Part shown: positions 1 to 10,430 of the stretch, piece by piece
How positions within the stretch are numbered: the first letter of the stretch is position 1
Layout of the letters: the number at the start of each line of letters is the position of its first letter
DNA from: Polyangiales bacterium
Lineage (GTDB): Bacteria > Myxococcota_A > Polyangia > Polyangiales > JADJQN01
Direction: 5' to 3'
DNA length: 64,000 nt
Assembly (NCBI GenBank): GCA_964202905.1
Contig: CAXNJO010000011.1
Location: 64,001 to 128,000, forward strand
The notes under the pieces: model-generated
Databases searched by the model: none
Seen by the model: the letters and a program-made list of their open reading frames with translations, nothing else
Told to the model about the DNA's origin: nothing
Position numbers and translations under genes: made by a program

Positions 1-22
1 TGCGCCTCCGCGGCGCAGGCCG

Positions 23-1630
23 CTAGGACTTCGCGTCGGCGGCGCGCATCGGTGCCGTCGCCTCGAACGTCCACGCGGTGTTGTCGCGCGTGACGCGGCG
101 CAGCTCGTATTCGTCTCGGAGCAGCGCGACGGAGCGTCCGTCGACGTCGAACGCACCGATGGAGACGCGCGCCTCCTCGAGGTCGTTCGTCGTCGGCGCG
201 GGGCCGCCGTCGGTGCGTGACACCCAGCGCGCGAGCGAGACGCCGAGCGGCTCGAGCTCGATCTTCGCGCCGTACTCGTGCTCGAGGCGGTACTGCAGCA
301 CCTCGAACTGGAGCTTGCCGACGACGCCGATGATCGGGTCCTTCTCGCGGCCCTTCTGCGTGAACACCTGCACGGTGCCCTCCTCGGAGAGCTCCTCGAC
401 GCCCTTCACGAACTGCTTGCGCTTCATCGGATCGCGCAGTCGCAGGCGGGCGAAGTGCTCGGGCGAGAAGCGTGGGACCGAGTCGAACGAGAGCGGGCCC
501 CCCGTCGCGAGCGTATCGCCGATGCGGAAGATCCCCGGATCGAAGAGGCCGACGACGTCGCCCGCCCAGGCCTCCATGATCGCCTCGCGATCCTGCGCGA
601 AGAACTGCTCCGCGCGCGCGAGGCGGACCTCCTTGCCGAGGCGGTGGTGCCAGACGCGCATCCCGCCCTCGAACTTGCCCGAGCAGATGCGGAGGAAGGC
701 GATGCGGTCCCGGTGCGCCGGGTCCATGTTCGCCTGCACCTTGAAGATGAACGCCGTGAAGCGCGGGTCGTCGGGCTGGACCGTGCCGATGCTCGTCTCG
801 CGCGGGCCGGGCGGCGGGCAGATGTCCGCGAACGCTTCGAGAAACGGCTCGACGCCGAAGTTCGTGAGCGCGCTGCCGAAGAAGACGGGCGTCTGCTCGC
901 CCCGCAGAAAACGCTCACGGTCGTAGCCCTCGCCGGCCCCCTCGAGCAGCTCGACGCCCTCGCGCATCTCCTGCGCGAGCTCGGCGCCGACGGTGCGGTC
1001 GATCTCCGGATCGTCGAAGCCCTTCACGGCCTTCACGGGCGCGCGGCCGCCCTTGCTGCCCGGATCGAAGAGCATGACCTCGCGCTTCTCGCGGTCGTAG
1101 ACGCCGCGGAAGCGATCACCCGAGCCGATCGGCCAGGTGCGCGGAACCGTATGCAATTTCAGGACGTCTTCGAGCTCGGCCATCAGCTCGAACGGGTCGC
1201 GCGAGGGCCGATCGAGCTTGTTCACGAACGTCACGATGGGCGTGCCGCGCTGGCGGCAGACGTCGAAGAGCTTGCGCGTCTGGGCCTCGATGCCCTTCGC
1301 GGCGTCGATGAGCATAATCGCGCAGTCGGCCGCGATGAGCGTGCGGTACGTGTCCTCGCTGAAGTCCTGGTGGCCCGGCGTGTCGAGCAGGTTGTACTCG
1401 ATGCCGCCGTAGCTGAAGTGCAGGACGCTCGAGGTGATCGAGATGCCGCGCTTCTTCTCGAGCTCCATCCAGTCGCTGGTGGCGGATTTCTGCGCGCGGC
1501 GCGCCTTCACGGCGCCGGCCGTGTGGATGGCGCCTCCGTAGAGCAGCAGCTTCTCGGTGAGCGTCGTCTTGCCCGCATCGGGGTGCGAGATGATGGCGAA
1601 CGTGCGTCGCCGCTGGGCTTCGGTGGGCAT
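23..1630 (-). CDS. prfC: Peptide chain release factor 3
   Basis: RRTFAIISHPDAGKTTLTEKLLL, DWMELEKKRGISITSS, LLDTPGHQDFSEDTYR, NKLD and QANMDPAHRDRIAF are RF3 motifs; start set at the ATG of MPTEAQ. Confidence 0.97.
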   Translation of the reverse strand: MPTEAQRRRTFAIISHPDAGKTTLTEKLLLYGGAIHTAGAVKARRAQKSATSDWMELEKKRGISITSSVLHFSYGGIEYNLLDTPGHQDFSEDTYRTLIAADCAIMLIDAAKGIEAQTRKLFDVCRQRGTPIVTFVNKLDRPSRDPFELMAELEDVLKLHTVPRTWPIGSGDRFRGVYDREKREVMLFDPGSKGGRAPVKAVKGFDDPEIDRTVGAELAQEMREGVELLEGAGEGYDRERFLRGEQTPVFFGSALTNFGVEPFLEAFADICPPPGPRETSIGTVQPDDPRFTAFIFKVQANMDPAHRDRIAFLRICSGKFEGGMRVWHHRLGKEVRLARAEQFFAQDREAIMEAWAGDVVGLFDPGIFRIGDTLATGGPLSFDSVPRFSPEHFARLRLRDPMKRKQFVKGVEELSEEGTVQVFTQKGREKDPIIGVVGKLQFEVLQYRLEHEYGAKIELEPLGVSLARWVSRTDGGPAPTTNDLEEARVSIGAFDVDGRSVALLRDEYELRRVTRDNTAWTFEATAPMRAADAKS

Positions 1631-1732
1631 GGGAGGCTCGTGGGTGCGCGCGGCGCCGGGGGACGCGGGGGGGCGCGGGTCGCGAGAGATAGGGGACGCC
1701 GCGCGCTGCGGCAACACGATCGCGCGGCGCGC

Positions 1733-2230
1733 TCAGGGGATCTGCAACGCGACGCGCGCGTAGCGGGCGCCGGCAGCCCCGGGCTCGCCGCTGGGGAGGC
1801 GCGATCGCCCCGCCTCGACGCGCAGCGCGAACCGCCCCGCGGGGAGGCCGCGCACCGCGTAGTCGAGCTGGTGCGTGCAGAGACAACGCGCGACCGAGGG
1901 GCCCGTCGGGGCGAGCGCGTGGAGCGTGATCGGCGTCGAACCCGACGCGTCGGGCCGGGGTGCGACCTCGAGGCGGAACTCGGGCGGGGGCGCGCAGGGA
2001 GCGACGTAGTGGCGCACGCGCACGCGCACCACGCCGCGGCGCACCGTCGCGGACAACGTCAAGAGTGGCGGCTGGCTGCCGGGCGTGAGCTCGCCGCATG
2101 ACCCGGCGACGCGCTCGAGGCTCGGCGCGCTCGGGACAGGCTGCGCCGACGAGGGGCCGGGGCGCAGCGCCGCGACGGTCAGCGTCGCGAACGGCAGCGC
2201 GAGCGCGAGGGCGAGGGCGCGCGGGGACAT
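1733..2230 (-). CDS. Hypothetical secreted protein
   Basis: MSPRALALALALPFATLTVAAL is signal-like; beta-rich body with CLC and other Cys; fills the gap between prfC and hisB. Confidence 0.65.
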   Translation of the reverse strand: MSPRALALALALPFATLTVAALRPGPSSAQPVPSAPSLERVAGSCGELTPGSQPPLLTLSATVRRGVVRVRVRHYVAPCAPPPEFRLEVAPRPDASGSTPITLHALAPTGPSVARCLCTHQLDYAVRGLPAGRFALRVEAGRSRLPSGEPGAAGARYARVALQIP

Positions 2231-2314
2231 CGCCGCGATCATGGACGCGCGCGGCGCGGGGTGCACGGCCGCGAAGGCGGTGCGGCGATCGCTGCGTGCT
2301 ATCGTCGCGCGGCC

Positions 2315-2911
2315 GTGACACGCCGCGCCGAGATCGAAAGGAACACGAAGGAAACGCGCATCCGCGTCGAGCTCGATCTCGACGGTAGCGGCACCTATCG
2401 CGTCGCGACGCCGCTGCCCTTCCTGACCCACATGGTCGAGCAGCTGGCACGGCACGGGCTGCTCGATCTGGTCGTCGAGGCGCAGGGCGACACGCAGATC
2501 GACGGTCACCACACGACCGAAGATCTCGGCTTCGTGATCGGTCGCGCCGTCGCCGCGGCGCTCGGCGAACGCGCGGGCATCCGTCGCTACGGTTCGGCCA
2601 CCCTGCCGATGGACGAGGCGCTCGTGACCGCGGCCATCGACCTCTCGGGGCGCCCGTTCTTCGTGTGGAAGGTGCCGCTCCCCAAGGCGAAGATAGGCGA
2701 CTTCGACGTCGAGCTCGCCGAGGTCTTCTTCGAGGCGTTCGCGCGCGGGGCGCAGTGCAACCTGCACGTCGTGCTGCACGCGGGGGAGAACCTGCACCAC
2801 ATCGTCGAGGTGTCGTTCAAGGCGCTCGCGCGCGCGCTGCGCGAGGCGTCCGCGCCCGATCCGCGCGCCGCCGGGGCCATCCCGTCGACGAAGGGGACGC
2901 TCACGGAATGA
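2315..2911 (+). CDS. hisB: Imidazoleglycerol-phosphate dehydratase
   Basis: RNTKETRI, IDGHHTTED, PMDEAL, GENLHHIVE, IPSTKGTL; GTG start inferred. Confidence 0.96.
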   Translation: MTRRAEIERNTKETRIRVELDLDGSGTYRVATPLPFLTHMVEQLARHGLLDLVVEAQGDTQIDGHHTTEDLGFVIGRAVAAALGERAGIRRYGSATLPMDEALVTAAIDLSGRPFFVWKVPLPKAKIGDFDVELAEVFFEAFARGAQCNLHVVLHAGENLHHIVEVSFKALARALREASAPDPRAAGAIPSTKGTLTE

Positions 2912-3555
2912 GCGCGCCGGCGGTGGTGCTCGTCGATCTCGGGCTCGGTAACATCCGCAGCGTCGCGCGGGCGCTCGAGCGGGCGGGGGCGCGCGTGACG
3001 ATCTCGGGCGAGCCCGACGTGCTCCGGTCGGCGCCGCGACTCGTCGTGCCGGGGCAGGGCGCGTTCCGCGATTGTGCGGCTGCGCTCGCCGGGGCGCGCG
3101 GCGAGGTGTTGCGCGAGCGCATCGCGGCGGGGGTCCCCTACCTCGGGATCTGCCTCGGGATGCAGGCGCTCTTCGCGCGGAGCGAGGAGGCGCCGGGCGC
3201 TGCGGGGCTCGGCGTCTTCGCGGGGGAGGTCGTGCGCTTCCCGCCGGGGCTCGTCGACGCCGAGACGGGCGCGCGCCTCAAGGTGCCGCACATCGGCTGG
3301 AACGAGGTCCGCGGCGCGCATCCGCTCGTGCCGCACGCCGCGTGGTTCTACTTCGTGCACTCGTATCACTGCGTGCCCACGGACGCGTCGCTCGTCGTCG
3401 GCACCGCCGACTACGGCGGCGAGTTCTGCGCGGCCATCGCGCGCGACAACGTGTTCGCGTGCCAGTTTCACCCGGAGAAGAGCCAGGACGAGGGCGCGGC
3501 GTTGCTCGCGCGCTTCCTCGCGGGCGGCCGCTGGGAGGCGGGGCGATGGAGCTGA
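2908..3555 (+). CDS. hisH: Imidazole glycerol phosphate synthase, glutamine amidotransferase subunit
   Basis: PGQGAF, LGICLGMQ, VPHIGWN, YFVHSY, QFHPEKS; ATGA overlap with hisB. Confidence 0.96.
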   Translation: MSAPAVVLVDLGLGNIRSVARALERAGARVTISGEPDVLRSAPRLVVPGQGAFRDCAAALAGARGEVLRERIAAGVPYLGICLGMQALFARSEEAPGAAGLGVFAGEVVRFPPGLVDAETGARLKVPHIGWNEVRGAHPLVPHAAWFYFVHSYHCVPTDASLVVGTADYGGEFCAAIARDNVFACQFHPEKSQDEGAALLARFLAGGRWEAGRWS

Positions 3556-4271
3556 TTCCCGCGATCGACGTGCTTGGCGGGCAGGTCGTGCGTCTGCACC
3601 AGGGCCGCTACGACGCCGCCACCGTCTACGGCGACGACCCGGCGGCGTGGGCGCGCCGCTTCCACGAGGCGGGCGCGACGCGCCTGCACGTCGTCGACCT
3701 CGACGGAGCGCGCGACGGGCGCCCGGGCAACGTCGCCGTCATCGAGCGCATCCTCGCGGCCGCGCCCCTGCGCGTGCAGGTCGGCGGTGGCATCCGCACG
3801 CGCGAGAGCGCCGAGCGCTGGTTCGCGGCGGGCGTCGAGCGCGTCGTGCTCGGCACGGCGGCGGTGCGGGATCCGTCGCTCGTGCGGGACCTCGCGGCGG
3901 CGCGGCCGGGCGGGGTCGTCGTCGCGATCGACGCGCAGGCGGGCGAGGTGAAGGTCGAGGGCTGGCTCGAGGGCACGGGCGTGCAGGCCGCGGCGCTCGC
4001 GGGCGAGGTCGACGCCTGGGGCGTCGCCGCGGTGCTGTTCACTGCCATCGAGCGTGATGGTACGAGCGTTGGGCCCGACGTCGCCGCGACGGCCGCGCTG
4101 CAACGCGGGCTCCGCGCGACGGTCATCGCCTCGGGCGGCATCGGCGCGCTCTCGCACCTCGCTGCCTTGCGTGACGCCGGCGTGCGCGCGTCGGTGTGCG
4201 GCCGCGCGCTCTATTCGGGGGCCTTCACGCTCACCGACGCGTTCGCGGTGTGTCGCGGGGAGACGCGCTGA
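3546..4271 (+). CDS. hisA: ProFAR isomerase
   Basis: [38 protein letters not shown]. Confidence 0.96.
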   Translation: MELIPAIDVLGGQVVRLHQGRYDAATVYGDDPAAWARRFHEAGATRLHVVDLDGARDGRPGNVAVIERILAAAPLRVQVGGGIRTRESAERWFAAGVERVVLGTAAVRDPSLVRDLAAARPGGVVVAIDAQAGEVKVEGWLEGTGVQAAALAGEVDAWGVAAVLFTAIERDGTSVGPDVAATAALQRGLRATVIASGGIGALSHLAALRDAGVRASVCGRALYSGAFTLTDAFAVCRGETR

Positions 4272-5068
4272 TGCTCGCGAAGCGCATCGTCCCCTGCCTC
4301 GACGTCAAGAACGGCCGCGTCGTGAAGGGCGTGCAGTTCGTGGGGCTGCGCGACGCGGGGGACCCGGTCGAGTGCGCCGCGCGCTACGACGCCGAGGGCG
4401 CCGACGAGATCACCTTCCTCGACATCACCGCGTCGAGCGACGAGCGCCGCATCCTGCTCGACATCGTCGAGCGCACGGCGGCGACCGTCCGCGTGCCGCT
4501 CACCGTCGGCGGCGGCGTGCGCCAGCCCGACGACGTGCGCGATCTGCTGCATGCGGGCGCGGACAAGGTCTCCATCAACACCTCGGCGGTGCGCGACCCC
4601 GCGCTGATCGAGCGCGTCAGCGGCGCGTGGGGCGCGCAGGCCATCGTCGTCGCCATCGACGCGCGGCGCGTGAGCGGCCCCGGCGAGCCCGCGCGCTGGG
4701 AGGTCTTCACGCACGGCGGGCGGACGGCCACCGGGCTCGACGCGATCGACTGGGCGCGTCGCGTCGTGGCGCTCGGCGCGGGCGAGATCCTCCTCACCTC
4801 GATGGACCGCGACGGCACGCGCGACGGTTACGACCTCCCGCTCACGCGCGCGGTCGCGGACGCCGTGAGCGTGCCCGTCATCGCCTCGGGGGGCGTCGGG
4901 ACGCTCGCGCACGTGCTCGCAGGGCTCACCGAGGGCGGGGCCGATGCCGCGCTCGCGGCGTCCATCTTCCATGATGGTGAACACAGCGTGGGCGCCGTGA
5001 AATCCTATCTCGCGGGGCATGGCGTGCGCGTGCGGCCGGGCCCGCGGGGCCCCGCGGTGGGCGCGTGA
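4271..5068 (+). CDS. hisF: Imidazole glycerol phosphate synthase cyclase subunit
   Basis: [50 protein letters not shown] overlap with hisA. Confidence 0.97.
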   Translation: MLAKRIVPCLDVKNGRVVKGVQFVGLRDAGDPVECAARYDAEGADEITFLDITASSDERRILLDIVERTAATVRVPLTVGGGVRQPDDVRDLLHAGADKVSINTSAVRDPALIERVSGAWGAQAIVVAIDARRVSGPGEPARWEVFTHGGRTATGLDAIDWARRVVALGAGEILLTSMDRDGTRDGYDLPLTRAVADAVSVPVIASGGVGTLAHVLAGLTEGGADAALAASIFHDGEHSVGAVKSYLAGHGVRVRPGPRGPAVGA

Positions 5069-6806
5069 GCGGCGCCGCCGGCACGAGCGTCGAGACACTC
5101 GTCGCCGCGCTCAAACAGCGACGCGCCGCCCTGCCGTTCGAGATCGGCGCGTACGTCGCGCTCGCGGCGTGCGAGCGCCTGCTCGAGGCGCCTGCGGTCG
5201 CGGGCGGCCGCGACGTGCGCATCGGCGCGGATGGAGAGGTACGCGTCGTCGGTGCGTCCGCCGCGAACGACGCAGACGCCGCGCGCGCGCTGCTCGCGCT
5301 GCTCGCACAGCTGCTCGTCGCGGCCGGCCCCGGGGTGCCCGCGGCGCTGCTCGCGCTCGTCGAGACGCGGGAGTCGCCCTCGCTCGACGCCGTGCGCGAC
5401 GCGCTCGCGCGCGCGCTCATGCCGCTCAACCGCGCGGCCTCCCGACGCGTGCTCGCGCGCCTCGTGCGGGAGTCGGTCCGTGAGCTGCGTCCTGCGGCGT
5501 CGGACGACGCGCCCGCTGCCGTCGACGGGCTCGACGAGGACCTCGACGCGCTGCTCGGCGCAGCTCCTCCAGCGCCCGAGGCGCCGCCGTCCATCGGCCA
5601 CGGGCCTCCGCCTTCGGAGTCGGACGTGTCCCCGTCCGCGCTCGCGGCCGCGCTCGCCGCGCTCGCCGCGGAGGAGGCCGAGGAGGACGCCGCCGCGCCC
5701 GATTCGCCAGCGTCCGCGGCGCCCGCGGCATCCGCTTCCGTGCCACCGACGTCGGCGCCCGCGACGCACACGGCATCGCTTGCGGAGCCTGTGCCTGCGA
5801 CCCCCGCCTCGTCCGCGTCGGTGCCGTCGCCGGCGGCGCCTGCGACCCCCGCCTCGTCCGCGTCGGTGCCATCGCCGGCGGCGCCTGCTGACCCCCGCCT
5901 CGTCCGCGTGCGGTGCCGTCGCCGGCGGCGCCTGCTGCGCCCGCAGCGTCGCCTGCTGCGCCCGCGCCCCCGGCGGTCGCTGCGTCTGATTCCATGCCGC
6001 CCGCGCCTTCGCCGTCTGTCGCGTCGCCTGCGTCGCCTGCGCACCGGCCCCTCGCCCGGCTCTCGCTCGAGGGGCTCGACGAGGCGCCGCGCCGAGCGCG
6101 ACGGGGACCGCGTCTCCCCGTGCTCGCGCTGCTGCTCCTGACCCTCGCCGGCGTCGGCCTGTGGCTCGTCGCGGGGCCGCGCTTCGGACCGTCGGACGCA
6201 GCCGGTCCATCCGGCGCCGTGCCTGCGCCTGCGCCCGACCCGCTCGCCGCGGTGGCTGCGTCCGACCTCGGGCCCCGGGGTTCCGTCGTCGTGCGCGCCA
6301 CGCCCGCGGGGGCGCAGGTGCTCGCCTTCGTCGGGCGCGGGCCCGCCATGACGGAGCCGCTGCCGCTCGGCGTCGCGCGCGAGTTCGTCGTCGTCGCCGA
6401 TGGCCAAGGCGCCTCGCGCGGCGTCGTCCCCGCGGACGCCGAGTGGGACGCGACGCCCGACGGTCCCCGCTACGAGCTCGCGCTGCAAGGGGGTGAGACC
6501 GAAGTCCCCTTCGAGGCGCTCGCGCTCGGGCCGAGCCGTCTCCCCGCCGACGTCGGTGCCCCGGGGGACGCACTCGGCCGGGTGCGCGTCATCACGACGC
6601 CGCGCGGCGCGAAGGTCTACCGCTTCGTCGGTCTCGCCCCCGACGCGCGCCTCGAGGGCGTGCGCACCGACGCGGCGCTCGAGCTGCTCGTGGCCGCCGA
6701 GGGGCACGTCCCGCAGCGCGTCGTCGTCGGTCCGAGCGACTGGCGCGAGGAGGGCGGCGCGCGCATCGCCTCCCTCGACGTGCGCCTCGTGCCCCGCGCC
6801 CCGTGA
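5065..6806 (+). CDS. Single-pass membrane protein with degenerate kinase-like N-terminus, Pro/Ala linker and PEGA-like C-terminus; reading frame interrupted near 5889-5911
   Basis: ORFs 5065-6141 and 5913-6806 join into one 579-aa frame if the 2 extra bases in the third 45-bp repeat copy are removed; [26 protein letters not shown]-like [10 protein letters not shown] and [10 protein letters not shown]. Confidence 0.7.
5794..5930 (+). repeat. 45-bp coding tandem repeat x3 ([15 protein letters not shown])
   Basis: Unit cctgcgacccccgcctcgtccgcgtcggtgccgtcgccggcggcg at 5794, 5839 and 5884; the third copy is 47 bp. Confidence 0.93.
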
Positions 6807-6834
6807 GTTTGGATCGAACGCGCCCTCTCGCGGA

Positions 6835-6851
6835 ATGAATCACCGTTCAGT
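6835..6851. promoter_or_regulatory. Palindromic motif copy 1 (reverse complement ACTGAAC-GGTG-ATTCAT)
   Basis: 14/16 identity to the copy at 58188; lies between convergent genes. Confidence 0.6.
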
Positions 6852-6983
6852 TCACCTGAGCGCGGGATGATCCGCCGGCCGGTCCGTGCGTGCACCCAAC
6901 GTTCGCCGCGCGGGCCTGCGCGGTGTGCGGCGCCTGCGTGAACCCGCAGTTCTCCGCGTGCGCGGGCCCGCCGATCGACGAGG

Positions 6984-8372
6984 TCAGTGCGCCGCGGCGC
7001 CGCCCACCGCGCCGCCGCCCGCCCGGGCGACGACGGCCTCGACCTCGGCGCGGATCTCCGCGAGGCGCTCGGCAGTCTGCGCCTCGAAGCGAAGCACGAG
7101 CACAGGCTGCGTGTTGCTCGCGCGCACGAGCCCCCAGCCGCCCTCGAACTTCACGCGGGCCCCGTCGATGTCGGCGAGCTCGTGCGTCGGGCGGTAGTGC
7201 TCGAGCACCCGCGCGACGACGTCGAACTTCACGTCGTCGGGGCACTCGACGCGCAGCTCCGGCGTCGCGTGCGTCGTCGGCACGTCGGCGAGCAGCTCGC
7301 GCAGCGAGAGCTGCGTCGTCGAGAGGATCTCGAGCAGGCGCAGGCTCGCGTAGATGGCGTCGTCGTAGCCGTAATAGCGATCGGCGAAGAAGACGTGGCC
7401 GCTCATCTCGCCGGCGAGGAGCGCGTGCTCTTCCTTCATCTTCTTCTTGATGAGCGAGTGCCCCGTCTTCCAGAGGATCGGGCGGCCGCCGTGCGCCGCG
7501 ATGTCGTCGTAGAGCGTCTGCGAGCACTTCACCTCGCCGAGCACGGCCGCGCCCGGCCGCGCCGCGAGCAGCGCGCGCGCGTAGAGGATGAGCAGCTTGT
7601 CGCCCCACAACGTCTCGCCCTCGGCGGTGATGACGCCGATGCGATCGGCATCACCATCGTAGGCGATGCCCAGCTCGAGCCCGCCGCTGCGCACGCGCTC
7701 GGTGAGCAGCGTGAGGTTCTCCGGCTGCGACGGGTCGGGGTGGTGGACGGGGAAGCGACCGTCCGGCTCGACGAGCAGCGCCTCGGGCGAGAGCCCGACC
7801 GCCTCGAACGCCGCGAGCGCCGCGCGCCCGCCCGCGCCGTTGCCCGCGTCGAAGGCGAAGCGCACGTTCGTCCGCCCGAGCCGCACGTTGCCGCGCATGT
7901 ACGCGGCGTAGGCCGGCACCGGATCGCGGTGTTCGACGCGGCCGCCGGGCGCTCGCTCGAAGTCGCCCGCCTCGATGAGCCCACGCAGCACCTGGATGTC
8001 GGCGCCGAAGAGCGAGGCCTTGCCGATCATCATCTTGAAGCCGTTGTCGCCGGGCGGGTTGTGGCTGCCCGTGACCTGCACGCCGCCGTCGAGGTCGTAG
8101 AAGTGCACGCCGAAGTACATGAGCGGCGTCGGCTGCATGCCGAGATCGACGAGCACGAGCCCCGTCTCGAGGAGGCCCTCCGTGAGCGCGGCGTGCAGGC
8201 GGGGCGACGAGAGGCGGCAGTCCTGCCCGACGGCGATGCGGCGTTTGCCCGCGCGGCGGAGGAAGGTGCCGAGGGCGCGCCCGAGATCGCGCGCGAGCGC
8301 GTCGGGCAGGTCGCGGTCGGCGACGCCGCGGATGTCGTATTCGCGAAAGACGTTGGGGTTCACGATGCTCAT
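6984..8372 (-). CDS. Phosphomannomutase/phosphoglucomutase (AlgC/ManB type)
   Basis: FREYDIRG, VTGSHNP, DGDADR, GEMSGH, GLVRASNTQP. Confidence 0.95.
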   Translation of the reverse strand: MSIVNPNVFREYDIRGVADRDLPDALARDLGRALGTFLRRAGKRRIAVGQDCRLSSPRLHAALTEGLLETGLVLVDLGMQPTPLMYFGVHFYDLDGGVQVTGSHNPPGDNGFKMMIGKASLFGADIQVLRGLIEAGDFERAPGGRVEHRDPVPAYAAYMRGNVRLGRTNVRFAFDAGNGAGGRAALAAFEAVGLSPEALLVEPDGRFPVHHPDPSQPENLTLLTERVRSGGLELGIAYDGDADRIGVITAEGETLWGDKLLILYARALLAARPGAAVLGEVKCSQTLYDDIAAHGGRPILWKTGHSLIKKKMKEEHALLAGEMSGHVFFADRYYGYDDAIYASLRLLEILSTTQLSLRELLADVPTTHATPELRVECPDDVKFDVVARVLEHYRPTHELADIDGARVKFEGGWGLVRASNTQPVLVLRFEAQTAERLAEIRAEVEAVVARAGGGAVGGAAAH

Positions 8373-8430
8373 GCGTGGATCTCCGTGGACACGGTCGAGG
8401 GGGAGGGCGAGGCGACGCGATCGCGTGGGG

Positions 8431-9549
8431 TCAGAGGCGGTCGACCGCGCCGCGCGCGCGGAGGGCGTCGACGACGGCGCGCACGTCCTGGGCGCGCTCG
8501 CGCGGCATCACGAGGAGCGCGTCCTCGGTGTCGACGACGACGAGGTCCGCGAGCCCGACGAGCGCGACGAGCTTGCCGTGCGGGGCGCGGACGTAGTTGC
8601 GCGCGCTGTCGATGGCGACGGCGTCGTGGGGGAGGGCGTTGCCGGCGTCGTCCTTGTCGGCGAGCTCCCAGGCGGTCGTCCACGAGCCGACGTCCGACCA
8701 GCCGAAGTCGCCCGGCACGACGGCGACGCGCTCGGCGCGTTCCATCACGCCCGTGTCGATCGAGACGCTCGGCAGCGAGGCGTAGCCGCCCGCGACGGCC
8801 GCCTCTTCTCCGCCCTGCGCCGCGGCCGCGTCGAACGCGGCGAGCCCGCGCGCGAGCTGCGGGAGGAAGCGCTCGATCGCCGCGAGCACGACGTCGGCGC
8901 GGAAGAAGAACATCCCGCTGTTCCAGAGGAAGTTCCCCGCGCGGAGGAACGCCTCGGCGCGTGCGCGATCGGGCTTTTCGACGAAGCGCTGCGCGCGGAA
9001 CACGCCGTCCGCGAGCGTGCCTCCGAGCTCGAGGTAGCCGTAGCCCGTCTCGGGCCGCGTGGGCTGGATGCCGACCGTGACGAGCTCGCCGTCCGCGGCC
9101 GTGCGCACCGCGCGGCGAAGCACCTCGACGTACGCAGCCTCGTCGGCGATGAAGTGGTCGGCGGCGAGCACGGCGAGGATGCCCGCGGGATCGCGCCGCG
9201 CGATCGTCGCCGCGGCCCAGCCCACGCACGGCGCGGTGTTGCGGCCGAGCGGCTCGACGAGGACGTTCTCGGGCGGCAGCTCGGGCAGCTCGGCGAGCAC
9301 GCCGTCCTTGAGGTTCGCGGCCGTCACGACGAGCACGCGCTCGGGCGGCACGAGCGCTGCGACGCGCCGCACCGTCGCGCGGAGGAGCGACTCGTCGCCG
9401 CCGCCGAGCGGGAGCAGCTGCTTGGGCCGCGCGCCCCGCGAGAGCGGCCAGAAGCGCGTCCCCTGACCCCCGGCCATCACCACCGCGTAGACGCGGGGCG
9501 TCGCGTCTGATCCGCCGCCATCGCGCGGCGCGCTGCTGTTCGTCGTCAT
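8431..9549 (-). CDS. manC: Mannose-1-phosphate guanylyltransferase
   Basis: MAGGQGTRFWPLSR..PKQLL, EPLGRNTA, PETGYGY, FVEKPD, WNSGMF, GWSDVGSW. Confidence 0.95.
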   Translation of the reverse strand: MTTNSSAPRDGGGSDATPRVYAVVMAGGQGTRFWPLSRGARPKQLLPLGGGDESLLRATVRRVAALVPPERVLVVTAANLKDGVLAELPELPPENVLVEPLGRNTAPCVGWAAATIARRDPAGILAVLAADHFIADEAAYVEVLRRAVRTAADGELVTVGIQPTRPETGYGYLELGGTLADGVFRAQRFVEKPDRARAEAFLRAGNFLWNSGMFFFRADVVLAAIERFLPQLARGLAAFDAAAAQGGEEAAVAGGYASLPSVSIDTGVMERAERVAVVPGDFGWSDVGSWTTAWELADKDDAGNALPHDAVAIDSARNYVRAPHGKLVALVGLADLVVVDTEDALLVMPRERAQDVRAVVDALRARGAVDRL

Positions 9550-9562
9550 GTGCGTGCACCCA

Positions 9563-10372
9563 TCAAGAGGTCAGCTGCCAGAGCACGAGCGCGAGCCCGA
9601 GCGGCACGAGGTAGAGCGCGAAGAGCCAGAGTTTGCCGCGGCTCACCGTCTCTCGCACGGCCCAGATCGCGGCGAGGCCCACGACGAAAGCGATCGCCGC
9701 GCCGACGGCCGCCTGTGGCCCAAGCCCTGCGAGCGCTTCGGGATGCAGGGCCTTGAGCAGCACGGCCCCGCCCACGGCCGGCAACGAGAGCAGGAACGAG
9801 AGCCGGAACGCGGCCGGCCCCGAGAGCCCGAGCAGCATCGCGCACGCGATGGTCGACCCGCTCCGCGACAGCCCCGGCAGCACCGCGAGCCCCTGCGCGA
9901 CGCCGAGCACGCACGCGGCACCGAGCGAGAGCCGCGTGCTGCGCTCGCGCCCGAGCGCGGTGAGGGCGACGGCGCCCGCCGACGCGAGCAGACAGACGCC
10001 GACGATCCACTTCACCTCCGCCCACGCCTCGACCGCGTCTTCGAGCGCAAGGCCGACGATCGCGGTCGGCACCGAGGCGACGATCACGGTGAGGGTGAGC
10101 CACCCCTCGTCGGTGCGGAGCCACGCGCGCGGTGCACGCATCCCGCGCGCGAGCCCGAGGGTGAGCTGCACTACGTCCCCGCGGAACGCGAGGAGCGTCG
10201 CGAGCAGCGTGCCCGCGTGGAGCATCACGACGAACGCGAGCGGCATCTCCGTCGTGCCGAAGAGCATCGCGCCGACGGCGAGGTGCCCGTCGCTCGAGAT
10301 CGGGAGGAACTCGGTCGCGCCCTGCAGCGCGCCGAGCACCGCGGCCTGACCGAGGCCGATGGGGTCGGACAT
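9563..10372 (-). CDS. uppP: Undecaprenyl-diphosphate phosphatase
   Basis: QGATEFLPISSDGHL, PGLSRSGSTI, multiple TM helices. Confidence 0.94.
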   Translation of the reverse strand: MSDPIGLGQAAVLGALQGATEFLPISSDGHLAVGAMLFGTTEMPLAFVVMLHAGTLLATLLAFRGDVVQLTLGLARGMRAPRAWLRTDEGWLTLTVIVASVPTAIVGLALEDAVEAWAEVKWIVGVCLLASAGAVALTALGRERSTRLSLGAACVLGVAQGLAVLPGLSRSGSTIACAMLLGLSGPAAFRLSFLLSLPAVGGAVLLKALHPEALAGLGPQAAVGAAIAFVVGLAAIWAVRETVSRGKLWLFALYLVPLGLALVLWQLTS

Positions 10373-10430
10373 CGCGGCCGCTTGTACCACGAGCGCGCGG
10401 AGGCCCGGCGCGCGGCGCGATCGGGGCCCT

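Noticed and set aside
5794..5930. 45-bp repeats (and the 15-bp repeats at 50481) as a CRISPR array
   Set aside because: Contiguous, spacer-less, in-frame coding repeats; no cas genes.
6890..6990. Cys-rich peptide (CAVCGAC) or small RNA in the convergent gap
   Set aside because: No RBS, the frame runs antisense into the phosphomannomutase gene, and no RNA family was recognisable.
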